Shown here piece after piece: positions 29,492 through 40,333 of a DNA stretch of 64,000 nucleotides. The DNA comes from Promethearchaeia archaeon (GTDB taxonomy: Archaea > Asgardarchaeota > Lokiarchaeia > Sigyniarchaeales > SOKP01). The position numbers and the translations under genes are program-made. Position 1 is the first letter of the stretch, and every line of letters begins with the position of its first letter. The notes below the pieces were generated by a model. The model did no database searches, was not told the origin of the DNA, and was given only the letters and a program-made list of their open reading frames with translations. The stretch lies in NCBI GenBank assembly GCA_029856045.1, contig JAHQWG010000039.1, positions 56,728 to 120,727 of the forward strand, given 5' to 3'.

Positions 29492-31489
29492 ATGAATAAA
29501 AAAGATATTGTTAAAAACAATAAAAAAAATCTTCCAAAGAGTAACGAAAAAAAGAGACCCAGTGTAAAATCTAAAGAATTAAAGCTGTCAAAACAACTAA
29601 TGACCGAAGGTAAATATCAAGAAGCCCTTTTGCTTTTAAACGATTTTGAAGGAAAGCAAGAACTAACAGATTTTGACTCTCTTTCACTTTATCTCCTTAA
29701 AAGCTCCGCTTTGAACAGAACGGGTAATCATCAAGAAGCTTTTAAGTTTGCTGAAAATGCTTATCAAATTTGTCAGAAGCTTAATAATATCCCCAAGATG
29801 TTTGATATACTGGTAAATTTGGCATGGTCATTAAGTTGGCTAGGCGATTTGGACAAAAGTGCTAACTTTATTGTTCAAGCTGAGGAGTTATTAAAAAAAC
29901 TCTCATATATTTCACCCTCGGAATATGATAAAAAGGAAGCAGAGATTTCTTTTTGTAAAGGATGTGCTTACTTTTTTCAAGGAAATGCAGATCAAGGTTT
30001 AGAATGTGCCCGAAAAAGCTTAGAATTACGAGAAAAGAGAGGTGATAAGTTTGGAATAGCTCTTTCTTTATATCAAATGGGAAACTATTATACTTTTTTA
30101 AAATGGGATTTTGATCAAGCTCTCAAGAACGCTGAACGCTGTCAGTCTCTTGCCGAAGAATTAAATATTGGATATATAATCACACTTAATTTTATTACTC
30201 TTGGGGTTATTTATATTATGAAAGGTGAATTAGAGAAGGCTCTCATGTATCATAAAAGGGCATTAGATAAAGCTAATGAAAAATACATGATCATGACAAT
30301 TCTTAATAATATTGGCAATATATATATTCAAAAAGGAGATTTAGATCAAGCTTCAAAATATCTCGAAGATTGTTTAGAGCTAGCAGAACAAGTTAAACAT
30401 ATGTATATTTTAGCTAATAGCATCGGGAGCATAATAGAAATATTAGCTTTGAAAAATGAGGTCGAGCAAGCTCAGAAATATTTGAAAAAATTGGAACATT
30501 TAAATAATCAAGAGGATAACAAGATTACTAAAATAATCTATCTCTTTAGTAAAGCATTAATACTTAAGACAAGTCCGCGGATTCAAAATCGGGCAAAAGC
30601 CCAAGAAATTTTTAAGAAAATTTCTCAAGGTGAGACTATATCGGGTGAAGTTACGATAAAAGCTTTAATAAACCTTTGTGCCCTATTGCTAGATGAATTA
30701 CAGATGACGCAAGAATTAGAGATATTAAAAGAGTTAGAGCCTATTATTACACAACTATTAAGCATGGCAGAAAATACAAATTCATTTTGGATTTTAGCCG
30801 AAACTTACATATTACAAGCTAAATTGGCGTTACTAACATTAGATCTCAAGGGAGCTAGACGTCTATTAACACAAGCCCAAAAAATAGCCGAAAAGCATGG
30901 GATTCATCAATTAGCAGCTAAAATTTCCATTGAACATGATGAATTACTTCAGAAATCAAGTATATGGGAGAAATTAAAAGACTCAGAATCTTCATTATCT
31001 GAACGTTTTAAGTTAACTAACGTGAATGAACAGATGAAAAATATGATTCAAAAACGTATAAGTGGAGTTCCCGAGATACTAGAGGAAAAACCTGTTATAA
31101 TTTTAGTAATTTCAAAAGGAGGGGTTCCCATATTCTCCAAATTATTTACAAAAATATTGATTAACGAAGAAGATATCATTAGCAGTTTTTTAGCTACTTT
31201 TAACACATTTAGTAGTGAACTCTTTTCTGAGGGGCTCGATCGCGCAATTTTTGGTCAATATACCTTACTTATGAAGTCAATTTCAACATTTTTAGTTTGT
31301 TATTTATTCAAAGGACAATCTTTTTCTGCTCAAAAAAAAATACAAAATTTTGTAGAAAATATAAAAAATAATGAAGATTTATTGGAAAAGTTTAATAAGT
31401 ATTATCAAACCAACCGAATAATCAAACTTGAAGATGTTCCAATACTCAAATCATTGATAACAGAAATATTTATTGAAAAAAATATTTAA
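29492..31489 (+). CDS. TPR-repeat protein with C-terminal longin-like domain
   Basis: TPRs (LNNIGNIY..KG.LD.A); C-terminal PVIILVISKGGVPIFS...SSFLATFNTFS.E.FSEGLDR. Confidence 0.8.
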   Translation: MNKKDIVKNNKKNLPKSNEKKRPSVKSKELKLSKQLMTEGKYQEALLLLNDFEGKQELTDFDSLSLYLLKSSALNRTGNHQEAFKFAENAYQICQKLNNIPKMFDILVNLAWSLSWLGDLDKSANFIVQAEELLKKLSYISPSEYDKKEAEISFCKGCAYFFQGNADQGLECARKSLELREKRGDKFGIALSLYQMGNYYTFLKWDFDQALKNAERCQSLAEELNIGYIITLNFITLGVIYIMKGELEKALMYHKRALDKANEKYMIMTILNNIGNIYIQKGDLDQASKYLEDCLELAEQVKHMYILANSIGSIIEILALKNEVEQAQKYLKKLEHLNNQEDNKITKIIYLFSKALILKTSPRIQNRAKAQEIFKKISQGETISGEVTIKALINLCALLLDELQMTQELEILKELEPIITQLLSMAENTNSFWILAETYILQAKLALLTLDLKGARRLLTQAQKIAEKHGIHQLAAKISIEHDELLQKSSIWEKLKDSESSLSERFKLTNVNEQMKNMIQKRISGVPEILEEKPVIILVISKGGVPIFSKLFTKILINEEDIISSFLATFNTFSSELFSEGLDRAIFGQYTLLMKSISTFLVCYLFKGQSFSAQKKIQNFVENIKNNEDLLEKFNKYYQTNRIIKLEDVPILKSLITEIFIEKNI

Positions 31490-31582
31490 TAATGTAAGCA
31501 TTAAATAAATTAAATTTTATATTGAAGAACATTTATCCTTAAATTATAATAGATAAATAATCTGGCGATTATAAAGATTTTA

Positions 31583-32134
31583 ATGAACAATAATCAAATA
31601 TTTATATTTAAAATTGTAGTTATTGGGGATGAAGGAGTAGGAAAAACATCATTAATTAAGAAATATACACAAGGATCTTTTGAGAAGGACTATATTAAAA
31701 CAATTGGTGCACAATTTACCAGATACGAAAAAGAAATTAATGGAGATACAATTAAATTAATATTTTGGGATATTGCTGGTCAAAGCGACTTTAATTTTCT
31801 TAATCCTTTATTTTATAAAGAGAGTAGGGCTTGTATAATTGTTTATAGCCTTGAAAAAAATGATTTAGGCAATGAAAGTTTTAAACATATAGAAAATTGG
31901 CACAATGAATTAAATAAGTATTGTAGGAATATTCCTGTAATTTTATTTGCAAATAAAGTTGATCTAGTGGAGGAAAATGAATTGGATACTACTAAAATTC
32001 AAAAAATTTTAAAAAAACAGAATTTTCTTGGCTATTATATAACTTCCGCAAAAACAGGACAGGATGTTATTGCTGCATTTAATACCATCATTAATGAATT
32101 ATATTATAAATTTAAGGCTTTATCTTCGGTATGA
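31583..32134 (+). CDS. Rab-like small GTPase
   Basis: GDEGVGKT, TIG, WDIAGQ, NKVD, SAK. Confidence 0.93.
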   Translation: MNNNQIFIFKIVVIGDEGVGKTSLIKKYTQGSFEKDYIKTIGAQFTRYEKEINGDTIKLIFWDIAGQSDFNFLNPLFYKESRACIIVYSLEKNDLGNESFKHIENWHNELNKYCRNIPVILFANKVDLVEENELDTTKIQKILKKQNFLGYYITSAKTGQDVIAAFNTIINELYYKFKALSSV

Positions 32135-32199
32135 TAAACTAATCTATTAATAATATTTCTATCTAATCTTATTAGAAGTTTTGAAAATTTACTCAGATT

Positions 32200-32559
32200 A
32201 CACATATAAAAAGGTTAAAAAAACAACAGAATATATTGATGTATGTAAGGTACATAATGTATTTACTGTTCTTGAAGCGATCCAAAGTGAAGACATAGGC
32301 GTTTTCAAGAAAGATGAGGGTGCTAAAGCCGCACACGAGGGCTTAACAGAAATATATAGATAAATATCAATCCTTCAGGTGGATTGAAAGCAAGTGGATA
32401 TCCTTTAGATTTTATTGGCGTTGCACAGGGTGTAGAGTTGGTTTGTCAATTAAGAAATGAAGCGGGAAAAAGACAAGTCGATAGTGCTGAAACGAGAATT
32501 CTTATAATTATGGAGGATTTGAAAATAATATTATATCAATTTTAATAGAGGGAAAATAA
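32200..32559 (+). pseudogene. Remnant of a thiolase (SCP-x/archaeal type) C-terminal domain
   Basis: IDVCKVHNVFTVLE..SEDIG.FKKDEG, then frameshifted [14 protein letters not shown]...[15 protein letters not shown], then a second frameshift to NYGGF; 5' half absent. Confidence 0.8.
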
Positions 32560-32622
32560 TTTTAAACAAAAGAAAGGCTATGAAAATAATTAAATATTTT
32601 ACTTAATAAACTAAATCTCTAT

Positions 32623-34515
32623 TTACAGTTGCTCAATTTCGGTTAAGAAAAGATCTGCAATAGCACCCCATTTTTGTTTTGTATCGGGATCAATTGAGCT
32701 TTCATTTATAAGATCTTTTCCTTTTTTAAGATTTTTAACTGCTAAATTATAATTTCCAACCGCTTTATAACAAATTCCCAATTTAATATAAGTTTGGTAA
32801 ATATACCAATCATCACTACCCATTACAAGCGCTTTTAAAAATCTTTTTATGGCTTCTTCATATTCTTCAAAATACATTAAAATTTCTCCATAATTATCAT
32901 AATAAATTCCTTTACCCTGTTCACTATCTATAAGTTTTTGAATAATTTCTAAAGATTCATTTTTTCTATCTAAATATTGGAACCAATAAGCCTTATAACT
33001 AAGAAGTGCCTTATTTTTTGGATACTTTTTAAGTAAATCTTCTATAATGTCTAATCCTGCTCTTAAATTCCTCTTTCTTTTAAGAATAGATGCTTTTTTC
33101 ATCATAATATCTATTTCCTCTTCAGGATATGTTTTTAACATATTATCTAATACCCGTAATACATCATTGTATTGATTAAAGTAAATTAAAATTTTAATTT
33201 TTAATTTATATAAATCGATATTATTTGGATTTAATTCAATTTTCCTATCAATTTCTTTAACTTCTTCTTCATATTGACTTTTTAAATCTTCAGAAATTTG
33301 CAAATCAAAAATTTCTGACAAATCCTGCCAAATTAATACATCTAATTTGTCATAAGAATCTTTTAACTCTCTTTTAATTTCAAACTTGTACGCTAAGTAT
33401 TTAATATATTTTGGTAAAAACACTCTTAATGATTCCATTAAACCTTTATTAAATAAGGTGTTACAAATTTCTTCTAAGATATTGTTTATTAAAGATTCCA
33501 ACCTCTCAGATCCTCCAAATTTTTGCATATATTTGTTTTTTTTTATATATTCTTCAGTAATCGCCTGAAGCATCTTCTCTAATTTTTCATCTGATTGAAA
33601 AAAATAATGCTTATCAGGGGGAACATCTAATCTAAAAAACTTTGTTTCATATAAATCTCCTTCTACAATCTCATCTACCCAGAAATCAAGATTTTTTTTT
33701 TTAATTTGATAAAGCACCGAAAATTCTTCAAAAGATATATAGTTAGGGTAATTATTTGGATGATTAATCGAAATAAAAAGTAAGATTTTATCAAAATCTT
33801 CTTTATTTGTTAATACTATACTAACTTTTGAATAATCTAATTTTAGAACTTTATTAAGATATCTAAATTTAATATTCTCATCAATAATATTGTATTTCTT
33901 GAAAAACCGTGTTGTTTCTTTAGTAATTTCATCAATTCGTTTACTTTCTTCTTCTAAAATTGTTTGTCTATCTATATCATAATGTTGCAGTATCTTCGAA
34001 TATTCTACTTTACCTGATTGCGTTATAATGTATTTGCTATCCTTTTTTAGTATAAAACCATTTTCAATAAGAAGAGTAAGATTTTTTGATAACGAAGATT
34101 GATTAATAGATAAAGGTTCTTCAAAAAAATCAGACTTTTTACAAAAATTATTATTGTATACCATCCAGAGTATCCAATGGTTGTAATTCCTTTCACTTTT
34201 TAAGATTATTTCAGGAGGATAACTTAACTTTCGTTCTTTTCCTTTATATCTAGATAATTCGTAATATCTGTTTTTCCCCTCTGGAGTTATTCTATAATGA
34301 CCTCTAGAAATTTTATTTACAAACCCTTTTCTCTTTAATGTAGTTAAATGCCTTGATAGTGTGGCTATAGGAATCTCAATGGGTTTTTCGATAAAATGAG
34401 ACCATTCACAACCATCGTTGTTATATAATATCCAAAGTATAATTTGCTCATAATTCTTCCCAATTAATTTTTGGGAGTTTAGAATCTCTTGAGAGGGATA
34501 ATTTATTTTTTCCAT
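32623..34515 (-). CDS. Multi-winged-helix plus TPR protein (paralog of 12338..14860)
   Basis: Shares EEPLSINQSSLSKNL, ILEEESKRI, EDFDKILLF.S.NHP and D.YGEILM.F motifs. Confidence 0.8.
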   Translation of the reverse strand: MEKINYPSQEILNSQKLIGKNYEQIILWILYNNDGCEWSHFIEKPIEIPIATLSRHLTTLKRKGFVNKISRGHYRITPEGKNRYYELSRYKGKERKLSYPPEIILKSERNYNHWILWMVYNNNFCKKSDFFEEPLSINQSSLSKNLTLLIENGFILKKDSKYIITQSGKVEYSKILQHYDIDRQTILEEESKRIDEITKETTRFFKKYNIIDENIKFRYLNKVLKLDYSKVSIVLTNKEDFDKILLFISINHPNNYPNYISFEEFSVLYQIKKKNLDFWVDEIVEGDLYETKFFRLDVPPDKHYFFQSDEKLEKMLQAITEEYIKKNKYMQKFGGSERLESLINNILEEICNTLFNKGLMESLRVFLPKYIKYLAYKFEIKRELKDSYDKLDVLIWQDLSEIFDLQISEDLKSQYEEEVKEIDRKIELNPNNIDLYKLKIKILIYFNQYNDVLRVLDNMLKTYPEEEIDIMMKKASILKRKRNLRAGLDIIEDLLKKYPKNKALLSYKAYWFQYLDRKNESLEIIQKLIDSEQGKGIYYDNYGEILMYFEEYEEAIKRFLKALVMGSDDWYIYQTYIKLGICYKAVGNYNLAVKNLKKGKDLINESSIDPDTKQKWGAIADLFLTEIEQL

Positions 34516-34822
34516 AATTTATAGAAACAAAAACTTATGTTTTATATAGAAGAATAGAAATTTTTTTATATATATATTTTTAGGAAACTTCTATATAAAT
34601 TTGGAACCTCCATAAATTTTTGAAATCATTAATATAAATGGAACGGAAGATAAATATTTTTTTAATCATCCTTGTTGTGATATATTTTAAGAGAGAGAAA
34701 AGAAGAGTTGACTCTACATTTTTTATATATAATTTAATAAAAATAAAATAAAAAGAGATAATTTCTCGTACTTGTCTCGCATTGCTAAATTCTACCACAA
34801 GTTTGAATTGATAGAGAATCCT

Positions 34823-35119
34823 TCATTTTTTTTTCTTTTTCGCTTTTATATCTTTTTCTTTTGCAAGAATAACCTCTTCCATAGACTCATTAAGTTCTTT
34901 TGATTTTCCTTCTAATCTAAATTTTCCAAAAACCTTACTTTCCTCTTTCTGCCCAGCTGTTGATATTTTTTCAAATGTTAAAGTAACATCTCTCTCGTTC
35001 TTAAGAGCATAATTAATAAAGTTTATGAATCCTATATGTTTACTTGGAGCAATATTAAACTTTATTGAAGAATCTTTTCCCTTCTGATTTTTTACTTTTA
35101 AAACTAACTTTAACTTCAA
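34823..35119 (-). CDS. Hypothetical basic protein (98 aa)
   Basis: Open frame with protein-like composition; divergent from TBP. Confidence 0.6.
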   Translation of the reverse strand: MKLKLVLKVKNQKGKDSSIKFNIAPSKHIGFINFINYALKNERDVTLTFEKISTAGQKEESKVFGKFRLEGKSKELNESMEEVILAKEKDIKAKKKKK

Positions 35120-35372
35120 GATTTATCAACTTATTTAAGAGGAAATTTATATTTAATTATATTTCTACAATTAATAATTATATTAAAAATTAATAGATAT
35201 TAAAAAATACCGATATTAAAAATTTAAGCAAATAAAAATAGAGAAAAGGAGATTTTAAAAAAAAAAGAACCATAAAAGCTTTATTTCTAAATATATTTTA
35301 AGTACTTATAGATAATCTAAAAGTTTATTCTTATTTATAGTTAAAGATCGTTATATTTAGAGTATAAGAACT

Positions 35373-36029
35373 ATGAAAAAAAATTCTGGAAATAAAAAAT
35401 TAAAAGTAGAAGATGAGTGGGAAGCCTATGATTATAATGCTAATTTGACATATAAAGTAGAAAATGTTGTTGGGACAGTAATTACAGATATTATTGAACC
35501 AATTGATTTGAATCTAATTGCACACTACGATGAAAATGTTCAATACAATCCTGAAAAATTTCCGGGGTTAGTTATGAGAATTGAAAAGCCACGTGGCACC
35601 GCATTAATATTTTCTACAGGAAAAATGGTTATTACTGGTCTTAGAGCAGCATCTGAAGCAGATAAAGTTGTTCAAAAAATTATCAAGAATATAAAAAAAG
35701 TGGGAATAGAAATAAAAAATCCGGTAATAACCGTTCAAAATATTGTAGCGAGTGGGGATCTCCATACAAACATAGATTTAAATATGGCTACTGTCGTTAT
35801 GGACGATGCAATGTATGAACCTGAAGTTTTCCCTGGATTAATTTATAGAATGCAAGATCCAAAAACTGTATTTCTTGTTTTTTCAACTGGAAGAATTGTC
35901 TGTACTGGGGCTAAAACCAAATCAGCAGTTCGAGAAGCAGTTCTCAAATTAAACAAGTATGTTCGAGAGATAGGAATTGCCAAGAAGAATTTAGCTCCAT
36001 TTGATAATGATGGATTTGATTTTTTCTAA
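35373..36029 (+). CDS. tbp: TATA-box-binding protein
   Basis: Two repeats: ENVV..YNPEKFPGL..LIFSTGKMVITG and QNIVAS..YEPEVFPGL..LVFSTGRIVCTG. Confidence 0.97.
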   Translation: MKKNSGNKKLKVEDEWEAYDYNANLTYKVENVVGTVITDIIEPIDLNLIAHYDENVQYNPEKFPGLVMRIEKPRGTALIFSTGKMVITGLRAASEADKVVQKIIKNIKKVGIEIKNPVITVQNIVASGDLHTNIDLNMATVVMDDAMYEPEVFPGLIYRMQDPKTVFLVFSTGRIVCTGAKTKSAVREAVLKLNKYVREIGIAKKNLAPFDNDGFDFF

Positions 36030-36310
36030 CTATGTCTATTTTTTTTTTTAAGACATTTATTATGTTTTCTTTCATCGTGGTAGAGCTCTGATTATAATTT
36101 CTACTTTGTTTGTATCTTTCTAATTTATTCCAATTAGGATTATTTTAATCAGATAGGTCTATTTAGATAAATAAAATTTTAGAGTTTATTTTTGGGAGTT
36201 TAATATTTATTATAAAATAATTTTATTAATATAATTAATAGAGTAAAATATTTAATAGAGATCAACAATAATATAAGTTGAAATTATTATTTTAAAACTG
36301 ATTAGAAACA

Positions 36311-37102
36311 ATGTCTTCAAAACTTTTCCCGTATTTATTAAAAAACAATCAATGGATAAAGTTAGATGAAATTTCCAGTGATGATGTAGCAGTTTTAGTA
36401 GATACTTCGAGAGATATCATTTGGTATCTAGAAGGAGAGAAAGCTACAGCAAGAATAAAATTTGATGCAAGGGGGCTTTTAGGAGAATTGAAAAAAAAGT
36501 ATGTACCATATAAATTTAAAAAAATAGATAGTAGAGCCCCCATTGATGTTTTAGACAAAATAGAGGAATTAAAGAAAAGTAGTTCAACTCTAAGTATGAA
36601 ATTTAGAGGTAAAGAAATTCAAGAATTTTCAAAATACCTGTATTCTTTAAATATTATTGCTGGGATATTACAAGTAATTGGCATGATAATCATTACAGGC
36701 GCCCTTTTTTGGCCTCAGGTTTATGATTCCCAATCATATTTGAATTATATTATAGATTCTAATCACTTTGACTTTTATATAGAATTAGATTCACTATTAC
36801 TCTTTTTATCCTTGATAATTTTTATCTTTACATCATTTTTTGGAATAATTGTGAGAAGAAAAATGTTCGCTACGAGTTCAATTTTTTTAGCGGTAATAAT
36901 ATTTTTTTCATTGTTATATATTAGAATTGGACCTGCATTATTATATTTTCAGGCTACCACACCTTTTCCTAATATTTTAATAAGAGTAGATGCTTTCTTA
37001 TTTTTCATTATTGGATTAGAGATTACATTAATTATATCAATTATGGGCTCAATTATCCCAGGAACATATTGCTTAATAAAGAAAAATATTAAAAAAAATT
37101 AA
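36311..37102 (+). CDS. Membrane protein with N-terminal gelsolin-like domain (putative)
   Basis: SSDDVAVLVD...IIWYLEGEKATARIKF resembles the gelsolin-domain core; four TM helices at the C-terminus. Confidence 0.5.
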   Translation: MSSKLFPYLLKNNQWIKLDEISSDDVAVLVDTSRDIIWYLEGEKATARIKFDARGLLGELKKKYVPYKFKKIDSRAPIDVLDKIEELKKSSSTLSMKFRGKEIQEFSKYLYSLNIIAGILQVIGMIIITGALFWPQVYDSQSYLNYIIDSNHFDFYIELDSLLLFLSLIIFIFTSFFGIIVRRKMFATSSIFLAVIIFFSLLYIRIGPALLYFQATTPFPNILIRVDAFLFFIIGLEITLIISIMGSIIPGTYCLIKKNIKKN

Positions 37103-37135
37103 GATTCCATTTAAGTTATTTTTAAATATAAAATA

Positions 37136-37768
37136 ATGCCATCAAAATTTCGTTTACGCTATATTTTTAGACCGTTAATTAATAGATTAGCAAAAATATT
37201 GGCAAAAATTGGTCTTACTCCAAATTATGCTACGGGAATTATGCTCATTTTATCTTTTTTTTGCTTTATATTTCTTACAGTTTTGAAAATTGAATGGTTA
37301 TTTGGTATTTTTGTTTTTTTAGTAGGTATATTCGATGGAGTAGATGGCGCAATTGCAAGATGTTTGGATAGAGAATCAAGATTTGGAGGATTTTTGGATT
37401 CAATTGCTGATAGATTCTCCGAATTTATAATCTTCTTAGCAATTTTACTTCATTTTTGGTACCAAAAATATTGGAATTTGATTGAAATTAATTTTATTAT
37501 TTACATTTCATTGGGAGCTTCTCTTCTTATTAGCTATGCTCGAACACGAGCACAAAATATTTCTCCGGGAGATTATGATATTGGATTAATGGGAAGATCT
37601 GAAAGATTATTTTTTATCTCAATATCTTCTATTTTAGGGTGGCTTTGGGAGTGCCTTCCCATATTTATGATATTAACGGTTAGCACGACCATTTTTAGAT
37701 TAGTTAAAGCCTGTTCAATCATCAAAAAAGAAGAATTTTTAAAATCTAACTCGAATAGTAAATTCTGA
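37136..37768 (+). CDS. CDP-alcohol phosphatidyltransferase (archaetidylinositol-phosphate synthase-like)
   Basis: TPN, DGVDGAIAR...FGGFLDSIADR, SYARTRA, R.ER. Confidence 0.92.
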   Translation: MPSKFRLRYIFRPLINRLAKILAKIGLTPNYATGIMLILSFFCFIFLTVLKIEWLFGIFVFLVGIFDGVDGAIARCLDRESRFGGFLDSIADRFSEFIIFLAILLHFWYQKYWNLIEINFIIYISLGASLLISYARTRAQNISPGDYDIGLMGRSERLFFISISSILGWLWECLPIFMILTVSTTIFRLVKACSIIKKEEFLKSNSNSKF

Positions 37769-37954
37769 AATAGAATGATAATTTTGAGATAGAATAAAAT
37801 ATTAAAATATTACCCAAATAATAATAATTTTTAATAACAATTATGTAAATCTATATAATAACCTATAAGACTAGAGAAGTTTATTTAAATATCACGATTA
37901 GTATATAATATATTAAGTCCAATGAAAGGTTTTTTTAAGATAGTCTAATTTAAG

Positions 37955-38494
37955 GTGAGAAAGATGAGAGATGTCGTTTTTAAGATGTTTATTTGTGGGG
38001 AGGGCGGTGTAGGGAAGACTACATTAACTAATCGATATGTTAAAGGGATTTTTAAAGACCAAACGATGACTATTGGACTTGACTTTTACCTCAAAGATGT
38101 TGAAATTGAAGGTAGAAAGGTTTCTCTACAAATATGGGATTTTGCCGGTGAATCACGTTTCAGAGCCTTAATTGGTGGTTATGTGAGAGGAGCTACGGGA
38201 GGAATTTTCATGTATGACATCACAAGATATTCTACTTTAATAAATGTAGATGAGTGGTTAGACATAATTCGTCGCAATATAAAAGATAGTTATTATAATA
38301 TACCTATTATTTTAGTCGGGGGAAAAGCAGATTTAGAGGAAATAAGATCTGTAACTAAAGAAGATGCAATAGAGGTTGGAAAGTCACGACATTTATACGG
38401 ATTTATTGAATGTTCCGCAAAATCGGGTCAAAATGTAGAAACCGTATTCACTAGCTTAGCACGTGCAATGATGGAAAATGCTAAATTAATCTAG
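37955..38494 (+). CDS. Rab-like small GTPase
   Basis: GEGGVGKT, TIGLDF, WDFAGE, GKAD, SAK. Confidence 0.92.
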   Translation: MRKMRDVVFKMFICGEGGVGKTTLTNRYVKGIFKDQTMTIGLDFYLKDVEIEGRKVSLQIWDFAGESRFRALIGGYVRGATGGIFMYDITRYSTLINVDEWLDIIRRNIKDSYYNIPIILVGGKADLEEIRSVTKEDAIEVGKSRHLYGFIECSAKSGQNVETVFTSLARAMMENAKLI

Positions 38495-38604
38495 GAAATT
38501 TTATTCTTTTTCAAATTTTATAGAAGCAACTCATAATACCGTAACAATAAAAAGATTAAATTAATTTTAGAAAATATCATAAAACTTCAAGGAATAGATG
38601 AAAA

Positions 38605-39279
38605 ATGCTCCATAAATCTAAGAAAAATTCAAATAAAAAAGAAAAAAAAAATCATAAAGTAAAAATGCAAGATCTTTTCATCGAAGCAGCTGAAAAGATT
38701 GAAATTGCAATTAATTATATGTGTGAAACGATAGTGGCACTCTGCAATGAAAATTTATCAGAAGTAAAAAAGTATTCGAATCTTACTATAAAAACAGAAA
38801 AAGAAGCAGATCGTCTTTATGAACAAATTATAGAAAGAATGTATTCACGAGAAACATTAGTATTTTCTCGACCTGATCGTTTATATCTTTCCAACCAAAT
38901 AGAAAAGGTTATAGATAAAGCCGAATTAGTTGTACGGCGAATTGGGAGCTATAAACCAAGCCATATTCCCGAATTAGCAGATTTACTAATAGAAACAACA
39001 AATATTTCAAAACAGATTGGAACTCTACTTAAAGAAACTATCATTAAAGTGTTTACTGATTTTGACGCGGCAGATAACCTTGCTAATAAAATTGAGGATA
39101 TCCGCCGAGAGATAAGAAAATTAGAATGGGATTTTCTTAAGAAATTATATAAAATAAAACCCGATTTTCCAGATCTGCTATTTTATGATAATTTAATTCA
39201 AATAATTGCGATTACTATTGATAAGGCAGAGGAATTTGCAGATGGAATCAACGGATTGATCTGTAAATATCGTCTCTAA
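38605..39279 (+). CDS. DUF47/PhoU-like phosphate transport regulator
   Basis: EKEAD ... RPDR ... D.AE pattern; directly upstream of the PiT gene. Confidence 0.8.
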   Translation: MLHKSKKNSNKKEKKNHKVKMQDLFIEAAEKIEIAINYMCETIVALCNENLSEVKKYSNLTIKTEKEADRLYEQIIERMYSRETLVFSRPDRLYLSNQIEKVIDKAELVVRRIGSYKPSHIPELADLLIETTNISKQIGTLLKETIIKVFTDFDAADNLANKIEDIRREIRKLEWDFLKKLYKIKPDFPDLLFYDNLIQIIAITIDKAEEFADGINGLICKYRL

Positions 39280-39325
39280 TATTATAATACTTAATTTTTA
39301 AGAGAGAAGGAGTATAAAACATAAA

Positions 39326-40333
39326 ATGGATTTAGTTGTTTTAATTTTAATTATTTTAGCAGTAGTTCTTGCATTTGGAATAGGTGCCAACGATGAGACA
39401 ATGGCAAATGTTGTTAGTAGTGGGTCTTTAAAGCTTAAATATGCTGTATTGTTTGGAGGGGTATTAGCATTTCTTGGTTGTTTATTCTTATCTGCAAATG
39501 TAGGTAAGACTATTGGAAAAAGCTTATTGGGCTCAGAGGTAAGCTATAATTCATTTATGATGATGGCTATTTTACTGAGTACATCATTTTGGTTAATAAT
39601 ATCCTCGAAAACTAGCGTTCCTATCTCGACTACCCACAGCGTAGTAGGAAGTGTTTTTGGAATTAGCTTCGTTTGGGCAATTGCTACAGGGCAAAATTAT
39701 TTTCTTAGTATTAATTGGATTAAAATGGGTGAAGTAGCAATTGGTTGGGTCCTTTCACCAATTTTAGGTTTTTGTGGAGCAATTATTGCTCAATTAATTA
39801 TTACACGATTTATGAAATATCGAAGTTCAGGATTAATTCAAGTTGAAAAAACAGAAAAGTTCTTTCAATATATCATTCTGGCATTTGTTTGTATAAATCA
39901 GATAAGTCGAGGTGGAAATGATTCAGCTAATGCACTTGGTATCATATATGGATTGATCAAATCGGGTGATATCGCGCAAGATATAGAAGTAATATTAATT
40001 ATCATAGTAGGATTCATGCTCATGGCAGGTTTAATCATTATTGGAAAAAATGTTATCGAAAACATTGGAACAACTGCTGGGAAAATGCGACCAAGTGATT
40101 CTTTAGCCGCTGAAATATCTGCGAGTCTTATAATATTTGGAGCAACTGTATTTGGATTTCCAGTATCAGGTAGTCACATTTTAATATTTGCTTTAATTGG
40201 CAGTGCTCGCATGAAGGGAATAACTCCCGATAAAAAATCATTCCGTAGAATGGTATCATCATGGTTTTTAACTTTTCCTGTTGCGGCGATTCTTTCAGCT
40301 GTCATATACACTTCACTCCTATTTCTTGTCTGA
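39326..40333 (+). CDS. Inorganic phosphate transporter, PiT family
   Basis: GANDE, PISTTH, GGNDSANA, PVSGSH. Confidence 0.93.
   Translation: MDLVVLILIILAVVLAFGIGANDETMANVVSSGSLKLKYAVLFGGVLAFLGCLFLSANVGKTIGKSLLGSEVSYNSFMMMAILLSTSFWLIISSKTSVPISTTHSVVGSVFGISFVWAIATGQNYFLSINWIKMGEVAIGWVLSPILGFCGAIIAQLIITRFMKYRSSGLIQVEKTEKFFQYIILAFVCINQISRGGNDSANALGIIYGLIKSGDIAQDIEVILIIIVGFMLMAGLIIIGKNVIENIGTTAGKMRPSDSLAAEISASLIIFGATVFGFPVSGSHILIFALIGSARMKGITPDKKSFRRMVSSWFLTFPVAAILSAVIYTSLLFLV

Noticed and set aside
34580-34798. 72-aa ORF upstream of the second wHTH-TPR gene
   Set aside because: Low-complexity AT-rich frame with no motif; more likely promoter DNA.
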